A DNA stretch of 64,000 bases. Source: Eledone cirrhosa (lineage: Eukaryota). Shown here one piece after another: positions 13,847-27,210 of the stretch. Numbering within the stretch: the first letter of the stretch is position 1; each line of letters opens with the position of its first letter. The stretch lies in the NCBI GenBank assembly GCA_964016885.1, contig OZ024753.1:17236001-17300000 (forward strand), in the 5' to 3' direction. The position numbers and the translations under genes are program-made. The notes under the pieces are model-generated. The model had not been told where the DNA came from, ran no database searches, and saw only the letters and a list, made by a program, of their open reading frames with translations.

Positions 13847-14186
13847 TGAGTTGAGATGGAGGGTCTGTGGTTTTTCTCACACCTGAGTAACGTTTAGCTG
13901 CTGTTTCTAGCAGGTCCAGCTATGGTTTGCTGAAGTTTTGAGTAACGTTTAGCTGCTCTTTCTAGCAGGTTTTGCTCACACATATATATATATACGTATA
14001 TATATATATGTATATATAAAGGTAGAACTCTGGAAGGTGATATCCGTAGTGGTAGAGCACCCAGTCCATGGGACGAGTTTGGTAGAAGTAGTAATATATA
14101 TATATTACTACTTTCTGTCTCTGGTTTCCCGGACCCATGGTTTTTCTGACCCATGGCTTTTTACATATTCCTTTTATTATATTGCA

Positions 14187-14244
14187 ATACCTGATGATAT
14201 CACCGGATTCATATGGAACCCGGTCATTGAAATGATCATAGTAT
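14187..14244 (+). ncRNA. Minimal type I hammerhead ribozyme
   Basis: ATAC-CTGATGA-T..ACCGG..CCGGT..T-GAAA-TGATCA-TA-GTAT, followed directly by AATAAA. Confidence 0.87.
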
Positions 14245-14667
14245 AATAAACCTTTCAAGGATTTACACCAGTCCAGCCTCCTGTTATTTTATTTCATCTA
14301 TAATTCACTCCGTATTCGCACCACCAACTACACAAATGAAGATGGGTGAACTGCACTGCGTTGAGTACTCTTCACAATATTACACCAGGATTGACCATAC
14401 GGAATGACCAGTTCTATCCAGTGGTGAACCAACAAACCTTAAGATATATATATATATAATAACTAGAAATTGATTAACATATAAATAAACATGAATAATC
14501 ACATTCATGTTTATTTATATGTTAATCAATTTCTAGTTATTATAAAATGCTCGGACCTACTCGCTAGAATCTTAGAGCTTATTTTGCGGGTGATATGGCG
14601 CATGTCTTTCTGGCATGACACCCATAATTTTGATTTAGATTAAATTCATTTGATTTATCTTAATTTT

Positions 14668-14735
<68 letters not shown>

Positions 14736-14739
14736 TATA

Positions 14740-14782
<43 letters not shown>

Positions 14783-14807
14783 ATATATATTATATATATA
14801 TATATTA

Positions 14808-14839
<32 letters not shown>

Positions 14840-14861
14840 TATATTATATATATATATATTA

Positions 14862-14944
<83 letters not shown>

Positions 14945-15893
14945 CTAGCAGTAAAGCCCGGCGTTGCTCGGGGTCGCTCAGTAGCTGTGTTAAAGTTACA
15001 ATGTTAAGTTTCTTTTTGGGCTTAAAAACTGTAGTGTCTACTGTGCAGACTTGCATGTGGTGTTTTTGATTAATATTCCCTCAACCAACAATATGCCTTA
15101 TGAAGTTAAGAAAACATAACGATAACCCGAATGTTATAACAAAAGAGGATGCTGGGGATAAAAACTGCACTGGTTATTTATTAATAAAGATCGAAAATGT
15201 AAACACTGCAACGCAGAGAAAAACATTAGCGTAACCAAATTATCAGTTATGTCTGTCTGCACGCCTATATCACCTCTCTGCACGACTGTCTGTCTGCACG
15301 CCTATATCACCTCTCTGCACGACTGTCTGTCTGCACGCCTATATCACCACTCTGCACGACTGTCTGTCTGCACGCCTAACGAAATTTACAGATACATATA
15401 TTTTAAATAAACTTATATAATTTTTGCTTTTTTTTACGAAATATTTGCTTGTTTTACGTAGTCTTTAAATAGACTTGTTTTCAAGTAAAAATATTGTTTT
15501 AAAAGGCTTTTAAATGGAAATGAAGCAAAACGGAAGCTTAGTGTTCGAACTGATGAATTTTGCAGGTCAATATTTTGCTGGCTCGACAACTGTTCGTGTA
15601 TTGTGTTAATGTCATTTTAAACGCTGAGAAATATATATATAATTACAATAAAGATAAACGAATTTATTTATATATTTTGATGTTGTGTAGATCCCCTATT
15701 TCCCTCTAGTCGGACGTTTCTATACATAGCTGTTGTTTTCTCTGTTTTGTGCACTGTCGGCTAATGTTAGAGTTGCGGCTGCTTGGAATTCACAATGGAA
15801 ATATTTTCTAGCCTCTTAGTAGAAACTTAGAATTTCGTATGAAATTTTGTCAAAAGAAATCTTTAAGACATGCATTGTCAAACATGCTGCCAT

Positions 15894-16088
15894 TTACAAG
15901 CACATATGCGGCCCGCACAAGCACATATGCGCCCCGCACAAGCACATATGCGGCCCGCACAAGCGCATATGCGGCCCGCACAAGCGCATATGCGGCCCGC
16001 ACAAGCGCATATGCGGCCCGCACAAGCACATATGCGGCCCGCACAAGCACATATGCGGCCGGCACAAGCACATATGCGGCCCGCACAT
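15894..16088. repeat. 21-bp minisatellite, about 9 copies
   Basis: Unit CACAAGCACATATGCGGCCCG. Confidence 0.95.
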
Positions 16089-16338
16089 GGGTTTTTACAA
16101 CGCGAGCATGTTTTATTTTCGTAAAATTAGCTGTAATATGCGCAATTAGTTGTCGTGTGTGGCCCTCAGACAACACATATCTGACTCCTGTGGCCCTCGG
16201 GGGGGACCCTCAGTTTGACATGCCTGCTTTAAGATATCAAATCATCGATCTGGTGGTGGTGGCGATGGCAGTAACAGTAGTAGAAGCAGCAGCAGCAGTA
16301 GTAGAAGTAGGAGTAGTAGTGGTGGTAGCAGTAGTAGC

Positions 16339-16387
<49 letters not shown>

Positions 16388-16459
16388 CGAAGTTCCCTGT
16401 GTTCTCCGAAACGTCGAGATATGGAACTGAAGCACATATTTCCTCCAACCTCTGTTAGG

Positions 16460-17175
16460 TGAACCTGCTAGAAACAGCAGCTAAACGTTACTCAAAACTT
16501 AAGCAAACCATAGCTGGACCTGCAAGAAAGAACAGCTAAACGTTACTCAAAACTTCAGAAAACCATAGCTGGACCTGCTAGAAACAGCAGCTAAACGTTA
16601 CTCAAAACTTAAGCAAACCATAGCTGGACCTGCTAGAAACAGCAGCTAAACGTTACTCAAAACTTAAGCAAACCATAGCTGGACCTGCTAGAAACAGCAG
16701 CTAAACGTTACTCAAAACTTAAGCAAACCATAGCTGGACCTGCTAGAAACAGCAGCTAAACGTTACTCAAAACTTAAGCAAACCATACCTGAACCTGCTA
16801 GAAACAGCAGCTAAACGTTATTCAAAATTTCAGCAAACCATAGCTGGACCTGCTAGAAACAGCAGCTAAACGTTACTCAAAACTTCAGCAAACCATAGCT
16901 GGAGTTGCTAGAAACAGCAGCTAAAGGGGTTACTCAAAACCACATTAAACCATAGCTGGACCTGCTAGAAACAGCAGCTAAACGTTACTCAAAACTTCAG
17001 CAAACCATAGCTGCACCTGCTAGAAACAGCAGTTAAAGGGGTTACTCAACACCACATTAAACCATAGCTGGACCTGCTAGAAACAGCAGCTAAATGTTAC
17101 TCAAAACTTCAGAAAACCATAGCTGAACCTGCTAGAAACAGCAGCTAAACGTTACTCAAAACCACATCAAACCAT
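16460..17175. repeat. 55-bp tandem repeat, about 13 copies
   Basis: Unit GGACCTGCTAGAAACAGCAGCTAAACGTTACTCAAAACTTAAGCAAACCATAGCT. About 1.5 inverted copies lie near 13884-13970. Confidence 0.95.
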
Positions 17176-17309
17176 CTTACATAAAGAAGTACTGATTGGC
17201 TCATGTACTAGAGACTTACAATATAGATGTGGTGGCTATAGTTGGAAAGTCTTTGGTCAGAGAACTGCTGGATCAGCGCTGAACTACGACATAAATACTA
17301 CTACATAAA

Positions 17310-17350
17310 TACTACTAGTACTACTACTGTTGCTATTACCACCTCCACTA

Positions 17351-17404
<54 letters not shown>

Positions 17405-17503
17405 GTACTACCACCACCACCACTACTACTACTGACACTACTACCTCCACCAACATCACTACAACTACTACTACTACTACTACTACTACTACCTCCACCA
17501 CCC

Positions 17504-17550
<47 letters not shown>

Positions 17551-18243
17551 GCTACTACTACTGTTGCTACTACCACCTCCACCACCACTACTACTACTAC
17601 TTCCACGACCACCACCACCACCACTACTACTACCACTGCCACTACTACCACTACTACTACCACCACCACCACCACTACTACTACCACTACTACCACCACC
17701 ACCACTACCACTACCACCACTACCACCACCACTACTACTACTACCACCACCACCACCACCACTACTACTACCACTACTACCACCATCACCACCCCTACTA
17801 CTACCACTACTACCACCACCACCACTACCACTACTACCACCACCACCACCACTACTATTACTACCTCCACCACCACCACCACTACTACTACTACCACCTC
17901 CACCACCACCACCACTACCACCACTACCACCACCACCACCACCACCACCACCACTACTATTACTACCTCCACCACCACCACCACTACTACTACTACCACC
18001 ACCACCACCACTACTACTACTACTACCTCCACCACCACCACCACTACTACTACCTCCACCACCACCACCACTACTACTACTACTACTACCACCAGCACCA
18101 CCACTACTACTACTACTACTACTACCTCCACCACCACCACCACTACTACTACTACCTCCACCACCACCACCACTACTACTACTACCACCACTACCACCAC
18201 CACCACCACTACTACTACTACCACTACTACAACTTCTACTACT
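17310..18243. repeat. (ACT/ACC)n trinucleotide tract
   Basis: Direct inspection. Confidence 0.95.
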
Positions 18244-18435
18244 CGTGTGACACTCGTGTGTATCTTATATACAATTCCTATCAATGGCCAGTGCCGTAGT
18301 AGAGGCTACAATCAAGGTTATAAACCCAGGGCGTGAACTCCTGTCAATAAAACGCCACACCTTTTTCTATTACCTGTCTTTTATTAGTCAAATATACATA
18401 TATATATATATACAGTATATATATATATACAGTAT

Positions 18436-18650
18436 AGGCGTGTAGCTGAGTGGTTAGAGAATTGGATTCACAATGTTGAGTTTGTGAGTTCGATTCCTGG
18501 ACCGGGCGATGCGTTATGTCCTTGAGCAAGACACTTTATTCAACATGCTCCTTCTACCTGGAGTTGCGACCGATAGATAGTACTAGCAACTGGAAAGACC
18601 AACGGAAACATTGTTTCCTCGGTCCGATTTGACGAAAGTCGATCGATCCT
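18436..18650 (+). mobile_element. tRNA-derived CORE-like SINE (also near 915-1110 + and 39078-39190 -)
   Basis: TAGCTGAGTGG A box, GAGTTCGATTCC B box and a GTCCTTGAGCAAGACACTT CORE-like block. Confidence 0.7.
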
Positions 18651-18653
18651 TAA

Positions 18654-18689
<36 letters not shown>

Positions 18690-18717
18690 GTAAACATATA
18701 TATATATATATATGTAA

Positions 18718-18754
<37 letters not shown>

Positions 18755-18822
18755 TATATAGTAATAATAATAAATCTGAAGACTAAAATCAAAATAAATA
18801 TTATAAAAACATATATATGTGA

Positions 18823-18863
<41 letters not shown>

Positions 18864-18894
18864 TATATATATATATGTGAATATATATATATAT

Positions 18895-19295
18895 ATAAAA
18901 TATTAAAAAAATAATGAATAAAACAAAGAAACAGTTCCTTATATTAAACAAAAAAAGTTCATTATTTAACGATCGTTTCTAGGACATATATGTGTTAGAA
19001 TTGGCATGCATATTCAAAAGATCTATGTACAAAATTATACAAACTATCAAGGAGAATATACATACCATCACATATATATGCTGTCTTCAGAAATAATTTC
19101 TGAAGACAGCATATATATGTGATGGTATGTATATTCTCCTTGATAGTTTGTATAATTTTGTACATAGATCTTTTGAATATGCATGCCAATTCTAACACAT
19201 ATATGTCCTAGAAACGATCGTTAAATAATGAACTTTTTTTGTTTAATATAAGGAACTGTTTCTTTGTTTTATTCATTATTTTTTTAATATTTTAT
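18895..19295. repeat. Palindrome with 200-bp arms and 1-nt spacer
   Basis: Centre CAGAAAT-A-ATTTCTG. The arms appear identical by eye. Confidence 0.95.
19096..19226 (+). ncRNA. Hammerhead with about 104-nt stem II (mirror copy on - strand in the left palindrome arm)
   Basis: ATTT-CTGAAGA-[CATATATATGTG/CACATATATG; TGGTATGTATATTC/GAATATGCATGCCA]-GAAA-CGATCG-TT-AAAT. Confidence 0.72.
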
Positions 19296-19429
19296 CTTGA
19301 TTCTGTATTCCGTTTATCTTTCACCGAAAGTGATTTTTGAATGCATCTCTTCTTTCCATGATATCCGGATTACATTGAGTTCTTCATACGGATTGGACAC
19401 TACCGTAAACTTTTGGTAGATTTATCTAC

Positions 19430-19460
<31 letters not shown>

Positions 19461-19463
19461 AAC

Positions 19464-19502
<39 letters not shown>

Positions 19503-19527
19503 AACATATATATATATATATATATAA

Positions 19528-19583
<56 letters not shown>

Positions 19584-19609
19584 ACACACATATATATATA
19601 TATATATAA

Positions 19610-19697
<88 letters not shown>

Positions 19698-19957
19698 TAT
19701 ACCCTTTATTATTCTTTAATAAGTAGAAATTCCCACAGTCTTTCCTAGTTTCTACTCATTCACTCCAAGCATATTAATTCTTGAATGGTAAACAGGGTCT
19801 CATTTACACACAGGATAGTCGAGATTTTTTGCACTTCCGTTTCCGTTTTCTGATTCTTTTGTTTCACTAGGTAGATCTCTCTTGCTCTCTCTCCCTTCCT
19901 CTCTTTGATGTCTGTCTGTCTCTATCTTTCTCTACAAACAAACCTATGTGCGCGTAT

Positions 19958-20470
19958 ATCATCATCATCATCATCTTCATCATTATCATCATCATCATTT
20001 TATGTCTGCTTTCAAGGGTGGGACGGATCCTTCGTCATCTTCTCCACGTGATTCAGCGATCTGAGGTCTGCTCTCACCACCTCCGCCCTTGTTTTCCGTG
20101 GTCTACTTCTACTGCGTCTTCCTTCTACTGGGATTTCTCGGCACTTTTTTACCCGGCGGTCACCTCCATGCGCATCACATGTCCACTCCATCTCAGTCTT
20201 CTCTCCCGAACACCACAACTTATACCTCTTATACCCAGTTTCTCTCTCAACTCATCTATGCTTGGTACGTTCACGTACATTGATATTGCACATCCAACGG
20301 AGCATGCTTGCTTCATTTCTCTCCAGCCGTCGCATTTCCTCCGCAGTTGCTGCCCATGTCTCACTATCATGCAGCATCGCACATCTCACACAGGCATCAT
20401 ATAACCGGCCTTTCGTACGCAGGGAGAAACCCTTATTTGTTAACAGCGGAAGCAGCTCCCTAATCTTCTT
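19958..20470 (-). mobile_element. RTE-clade LINE 3' fragment with (TGA)n tail
   Basis: ELREKLGIRGISCGVRERRLRWSGHVMRME ... VEGRRSRSRPRKT across frameshifts. An (ATC)n tract lies at 19958-19998. Confidence 0.8.
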
Positions 20471-20814
20471 GTGTACCTACGCCATCTTTCTGATGGCGTA
20501 GGTACACAATACAACAGGAGGAACATAATAGCACCACTGACGATGTTGCAGCTGTACAACGAAAGAACTTTGTTAGACTATATATATGTGTTTATATCTA
20601 TATTATATCTGTATTTTTGACCGTTGGTCTGTCAATGGTAACATTGAAGACCAAATGCATTAACTGATATAAAAGATACAGAAGCGAAAACCAACCAAAC
20701 AGTGAGAAGTTCTGTTATTAATTCTGACAATATTATTACAACAATATGGCCCTCCCCAAGTATAACAATATTTGTTTCGACACACGATTTCATATCAAAA
20801 ACCTCGCAAAACAA

Positions 20815-20845
<31 letters not shown>

Positions 20846-20907
20846 CAAGAAAGTACGTCCATAGAACCACACATATATATATATGGCTTGTCTAGTTTAT
20901 GTATATG

Positions 20908-20937
<30 letters not shown>

Positions 20938-20943
<6 letters not shown>

Positions 20944-21256
20944 AACAAAAGATGGTTAAAAGAGTTCCATGTATTTTATTATGCGCATTTCAAAAACAAA
21001 TATCATCATGCAATAATATTTGTGTTTTCATCAGATAAAACAGGAAGACATGATATGAAGGTTAAAAAACACTTGTGGATAGTGCAGTTGATATGTTGAT
21101 TTAAAACTGCACTATCCACAAGTGTTTTTTAACCTTCATATCATGTCTTCCTGTTTTATCTGATGAAAACACAAATATTATTGCATGATGATATTTGTTT
21201 TTGAAATGCGCATAATAAAATACATGGAACTCTTTTAACCATCTTTTGTTCTTATA
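20938..21256. repeat. Palindrome with about 150-bp arms and 15-nt spacer
   Basis: The arms appear identical and are homologous to 53975-54119. Confidence 0.95.
21154..21220 (+). ncRNA. Type I hammerhead (family E; mirror copy at 20974-21040 -)
   Basis: TTTTAT-CTGATGA-AAACACAAATATTA..TGATATTTGTTTTT-GAAA-TGCGCA-TA-ATAAAA. Confidence 0.87.
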
Positions 21257-21345
21257 TATTATGTATACTCCAGTCCTACAAACTGTAGAGTGCTTCTTAT
21301 CCGATATCTGCATTGCTTTATTGTACTACAATAAAACTCACCTCC

Positions 21346-21414
<69 letters not shown>

Positions 21415-21611
21415 GTGGTTACATAACAGTTAGTTCACCATACCGAGAACAATTGTTTCACCTTAGCGGATCCTCGGAGCTGAGGTTCCGCTAAGTTGAA
21501 ACAATTGTTTTCGATATGGTGAACTAACTGTTGTGTAACTACTTCTACCTAACTCGTCCCACGGACTGAGTGCTCTACCACTACGGATATTAGCTTCCAG
21601 TGTTCTACCAC

Positions 21612-21644
<33 letters not shown>

Positions 21645-22103
21645 ATGTCTGTGTGTGTATGTATATCCATCTTATTATCTGCCATTCTCCCTCTGCATCT
21701 ATCTATCTATATATCTATCTATCTATCTATCTATCTACCTTTAGCTGTAAGTCTGTTTTATGGGACTGCACTTTCTGCATTTCAAATAGAGTAGCTTTGT
21801 GTGAAAATGGCCATGTCTGTTTTGCAAACAGTTCCCTTGACCTCTACTAAGATAAATAAATACATATAATAAAAGGAATAAAAAGGTTATTGATTTGACC
21901 TTGCACACGAATTTTCTGTAACCATTTACATCAATCACTTCCTTTATATTTGAGATATTATTCAGCTCAATTTATTACTTTTTTATGTCATTGTTAAAGA
22001 TTTTTTTTATTTTATGTTGCGCCTGTTGCTTCAGAATTATTTCTGTTTTTTTTTTTATTGGGAATCGTAACCCTCTCTCACTCTCTGTTTCACACACACA
22101 CAT

Positions 22104-22179
<76 letters not shown>

Positions 22180-22929
22180 CCAAACAAACAAACAAATTAT
22201 CACGACGGGGAAAGTCTTCGACTTGAGTAAAGCATCAAACTCTATAGGGAACCTACAGGAAAATGTCAGGACATAGAAGCTTAATGCAACAACAGAGTGA
22301 CTACTTCATCACGGGGGCCACGAACGCCGCGAAACGAAATAGAAAATAAAGAAAAACAAAGAAAGAGAACAAAACATGAAATAAAAGGCACAAAAAGTAA
22401 AAAAAAACTCGGTGTGGGTGATAAATTCAATTTCTCCTTTGGTAAAAATATCCAAATGTTAGGTGGACAGGTTCAGTTTAGTCTTCTGAACTAACCGGAG
22501 GGTGGTTTGATCGTAAAAGGTTCCAACGACTTGATCATAAATATTCTAACTTTTTGTTCAACCAAATAGTAAAAACAAACAAAAATCAAAAGAAAGAACA
22601 AGAAAATGGCGTCAGATTGAAGTGAAAGAAAGTGGAAAACGAAGACGATAGTTGTAAGGAGGAAGACGATAGATGGAAGTAGTCGCAGGTATAATGGCTT
22701 TTCTTCCTTAGGCACAATGATAATCTTTTTTTAGAGGATTGGGGTTGAAGTCGTTTATTGAATAGAGAACAATATATTACTGGTATTTATTTTATGAAAT
22801 ACCCTTGAGGAGTTAGAAGGCAAATCACGTATTGAGAAACAAAAAGGAAACTGGTAGAGTCGGACTGATATGAATATTATCATTTTTATATATACTCTGT
22901 ACAGATGTCTGTTATTTTAGAAAGAATAG

Positions 22930-23032
<103 letters not shown>

Positions 23033-23137
23033 AAGAAATACCAATGAGAATCAGCAAACTACTGATGACGGACATTCTTGGTCTATTTTTATTCATATGT
23101 TCATATTCGCAACAACGCAGCACGCCATTTTTCATTC

Positions 23138-23170
<33 letters not shown>

Positions 23171-23279
23171 TATATATATATATATATATGTCCCTGTTCT
23201 TTCTAAAATAACAGATATCTGTACAGAGTATATATAAAAATGACAATATTCCTATCAGTCCGACTCTACCAGTTTCCTT

Positions 23280-23334
<55 letters not shown>

Positions 23335-24230
23335 GTATCCATGTGTATGTATGTATGTATGAATGTGTGTGTGTGTGTATGTAAATAGGGACAAGTTTGC
23401 TTTCAAATATGTTATATAGATAACGCAACTTTTATCAAGATTCGTCTTTCATGTTGTCTACTTTTTATATTTCATTATTTGTCTCCGAGGTTAACTTTGC
23501 CTTTCATCCTTAAGGGGTCGATAACATAAAGTACCAGTAATACACTGGGATAATTGCTGGCTTTGTGCCAAAAGTAAAAACAATTATTAACACTTTGTGT
23601 TTGATTTACAACAATAGTTTCCCTAAATCAAAAGGTATATTAGTGTTTCGAGATTTTCACACTCTCATCTTCAAAATAGTAATGGAAATGTTAGTGTCTT
23701 AATGGCAAAGGATTGCGGAGGCGGCGTAGTAAAATTATAAACGCTTGATTTCACAGCTGAAGCCTGGCAGTTTTATAATTAAGAGTTAGGTTTACTTAAT
23801 GATGGTGGAGACGGGAGTCCTGGTGGTAAGGGTGTTGGTAATGTCGAATCTTGGTTCAATTCTGGGATTGGATTGTGTTCTTGTGCTGCTCCATTATAAT
23901 CTGTTGAAAATGAAAACCAGCAATGACTGGGGATTTAACACTAAGATAGACTGGCGTCATGTCCAGTGGGGAGTCTTTTACTCTCAGTCGCTTCATGTCA
24001 AGGAGACCGGGATAAACACTGACCGGTTGAGCCTGTGGACTCGAAACAAACTCTAGATATTACAACTGTATTAATTTGGGCTGTATACTTTGATAGAAGT
24101 AAAACTTTCATAAGTTACACTTATTGTTTTGTGTGGGAATATATATAGAATTATAGTGTTATTTACTTAGGTTTTACTATCCAAATTTGTAGTTCTCTCT
24201 CTCTCTCTCTCGCTCTCTCTCTCGCTCTCG

Positions 24231-24344
<114 letters not shown>

Positions 24345-24675
24345 TGTAATTACATTCTGTCATTACAACAGCAGAGGTCCGACGAGCTTTTGATTCCAGA
24401 GTCGGGCCAGATCGATACAGATCGAACCTTCAGATGATCAATAGCGAAACACACGTTACAAATCAATAAACGTAATGAAGGTTTAACAAACTATCCTTGT
24501 ATTATTAAAGTACCAGTAATGCACTGGGAAATTGCTAGCCTTGTGCCTAAAGTAGAAACAATTATTATATATATATATATATATATATATACGTTATTCC
24601 GGGTTTAATCGGAGGTAATCACAGTAAGTAAGGTACTCAATACATTGCAGAGTATAAAAGTTTTAATATAGATGA

Positions 24676-24724
24676 GATTCTACATGACTAGAACTGTTTC
24701 ATTCTTTAGAAATCATCAGGAATC
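24676..24724 (-). ncRNA. Type I hammerhead (family A)
   Basis: GATTC-CTGATGA-TTTCTAAAGAAT-GAAA-CAG..ATG-TA-GAATC. Stem I covaries with the copy at 13262. Confidence 0.8.
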
Positions 24725-25001
24725 ATATATATAGGTCAGGATTTCACCAGTTTAAACTAGTAAGATCATTTTCCCGCAGTTTATTCAATATTTGGGATAG
24801 TATGTATGTGTATGTGTGTGTGTGTATGTATGTGTGTGTATGTATGTGTGTGTGTGCAAGTTGACAGTGTCTATATTAACAGGTTGACTTTTTTATTGTA
24901 AATACGCCCAGAACCTTCAAATGCGATCTGTATGAGTTGGGCGTATTCCTGGTCTCGAAACCTTTTGGTAATGTTAAAAAAGTCAAACTGTAAACAAACA
25001 C

Positions 25002-25329
25002 ATGCATCTGAACTCAATTTATTGTGGGTTACAATTGTTTCGCCGGCAGACAGCTCGAGACGCGATCATTGTGTGGATCTGTCTGATTCTGGACCCGCAG
25101 ATTCGTCGGACACGTCTAATGATTTCGGAGCATATTCTTCCACTGGGGTATCTGATCCTGTGGTATCTGACTCTGTGGTCAGATACCCAGTAGAACAATA
25201 TGCTCCGAAATCATTAGACGTGTCCGTCGAACCTGCGGGTCCAGAATCAAACAGATCCACACAATGATCGCGTCTCGAGCTGTCTGCCGGCGAAACAATT
25301 GTAATACAATAAATTGAGTTCAGATGCAT
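25002..25329. repeat. Near-perfect inverted repeat with about 150-bp arms
   Basis: ATGCATCTGAACTC... / ...GAGTTCAGATGCAT with a few mismatches. Confidence 0.92.
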
Positions 25330-25347
25330 TACTGATTTTTCGTTTTA

Positions 25348-25467
<120 letters not shown>

Positions 25468-25991
25468 GCGTGTTTGTTTGTGTGTGGAAACAATCGTTGG
25501 TGTTTGCACGTGTGTGTGAGTATGCCGATGTGTCTATATGTCAACTTGAATAATGCATATTTTAGAAAGGGCAAAGAAATATTCAGACATTTAACAGCTA
25601 TTGGCTATGGAATTGTTTCTTGCGACAGGGTTTCTAGTCTGGGGTGGGGTAAGGTTGATTATTTCTTACGTATTGATGTTATTGCTGTGGTGGTTGTTGT
25701 TGTTGTTCTAGTAATTGGCTAGATGGTGGGAATGTTGCTAGAGATGGCAGTGGTGGTGGTAGGTATTGTTACGAAAGCCCCAAGAGAAATATAAAAATCT
25801 GATGAAAAGATGGACAAAAATAAGCGAAACTGTGAGAAAGACTTATCTCTAGTTATCATCAGCTGGTAACCATACTCATTCGTTTATGCTCTTACACCAG
25901 CCCGAGCTGTATTGTTGTAGTCCCAGAAAATATTTGATAATATCATTTATCGAGAAACAACAACAGCTCGATTGTTGTTATAAAACAAACC

Positions 25992-26028
<37 letters not shown>

Positions 26029-26479
26029 GTAATAATATTAATAGTAATAATAATAATAACAATAAACAGATAGAATAACAAGCAACTGCAACAAATAGTA
26101 AATTTAGTGAAAATACAAATAGAAGTAAAAGTCAATACGGTAGGTTGTTTATATTTTAAATGTCCTGGGGAGAACGAAAGAAAATATACTGAGGAGAGTT
26201 GAAAACAAAAATGGCAGCCGTTGAGTTGTGTCTATATTTCTACCTGTCAAAATAAGTTGTTATATGGCAGAATTGGTTGAATTGAGAGGTGAATAAAATT
26301 TATTGCGTTACGTAGTTAAATTAAAGCTAAAGTTTATTTTGTCTTCGGTATTTATGGAATCACTTATATATATTCTTCAGCATATGTGGCTTTCTATGGT
26401 AAACCGATGGCCAAATAGTATAATAATTAGCTGCTTATTTCAAATACAATTGCTCAAAGATGGTTGCAGGAAATAGTTA

Positions 26480-26647
26480 CCGTATTTTTCGGCGCCGAAG
26501 ACGCTTCATCCTCGAGGACGCACCCTATGCTTGACAACCAAAAATTTGAAAAAAGATAATAAACAACCTTCGGCCTTCAGGACGTATGGTAGATTTGTTA
26601 GACTTATTTTATGAAAAAATTAGCGTCTTCGACGCTGGGAAATACGG
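26480..26647. mobile_element. Tc2/pogo-type MITE
   Basis: TIRs CCGTATTTTTCGGCGCCGAAGACGC / GCGTCTTCGACGCTGGGAAATACGG, with TA flanks. Confidence 0.8.
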
Positions 26648-26654
26648 TACGCCA

Positions 26655-27210
26655 TGCCTTTGTATGTTCTGAATTAAAACGCCACATAAGCCCCAACTCG
26701 AGCCGGTAGGGCTGGACCAAGGGGACGGTAAAAGGCCAGACGGTATGACCATCTTCCCGCTCCGTGGTGGCAAACCCCTCCTCTGGGATGCCACTTGCAG
26801 CAACACTTTCTCCAGCCGCAACATGGTGCAGTCTGCGACTTACCCAGGTTCTGCTGCACGTCGGGCTGAGGAAGTGAAACTCTCCAACTACCGGTCGACT
26901 CCGACAGGGTCGCGGTCGTGCCCTTGGCAGTAGAGACTTCTGGTGTCATTGACCCTGGAGCCACCTACCTACTCACCACCATAGGCGCTGAGCTGCCCAG
27001 CCACAGGTGTGAGCCTAGCGAGTTGGAATGGCTCTTTCAGCGCATCGTCCCTTTCATCCTTCGGGGAAACGCCTTCTCCATTCTGTCCGCCGGGGCTGTG
27101 GGGAGGCCAGCGCGTGGGACCCCATTTGCTCACAATACGGAGGGATGGGGATGGCGAGAGAGATGGAGGCGATGACAGTGGGAGTTCGGCTCTTCCACGT
27201 TCGGACCATA
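26655..27210 (+). mobile_element. CRE-like RLE non-LTR retrotransposon 3' fragment
   Basis: EPVGLDQGDGKRPDGMTIFPLRGGKPLLWDATCSNT and PLAVETSGVI...WLFQRI...RGNA, the restriction-like endonuclease motifs. Confidence 0.82.

Noticed and set aside
16460-17175. 55-bp and 66-bp arrays as CRISPR-like
   Set aside because: They are head-to-tail repeats without unique spacers, there are no cas genes, and the context is eukaryotic.
17242-18336. Mucin-like Thr-rich ORF
   Set aside because: It is a trinucleotide tract that is open in several frames on both strands and lies within an intron.
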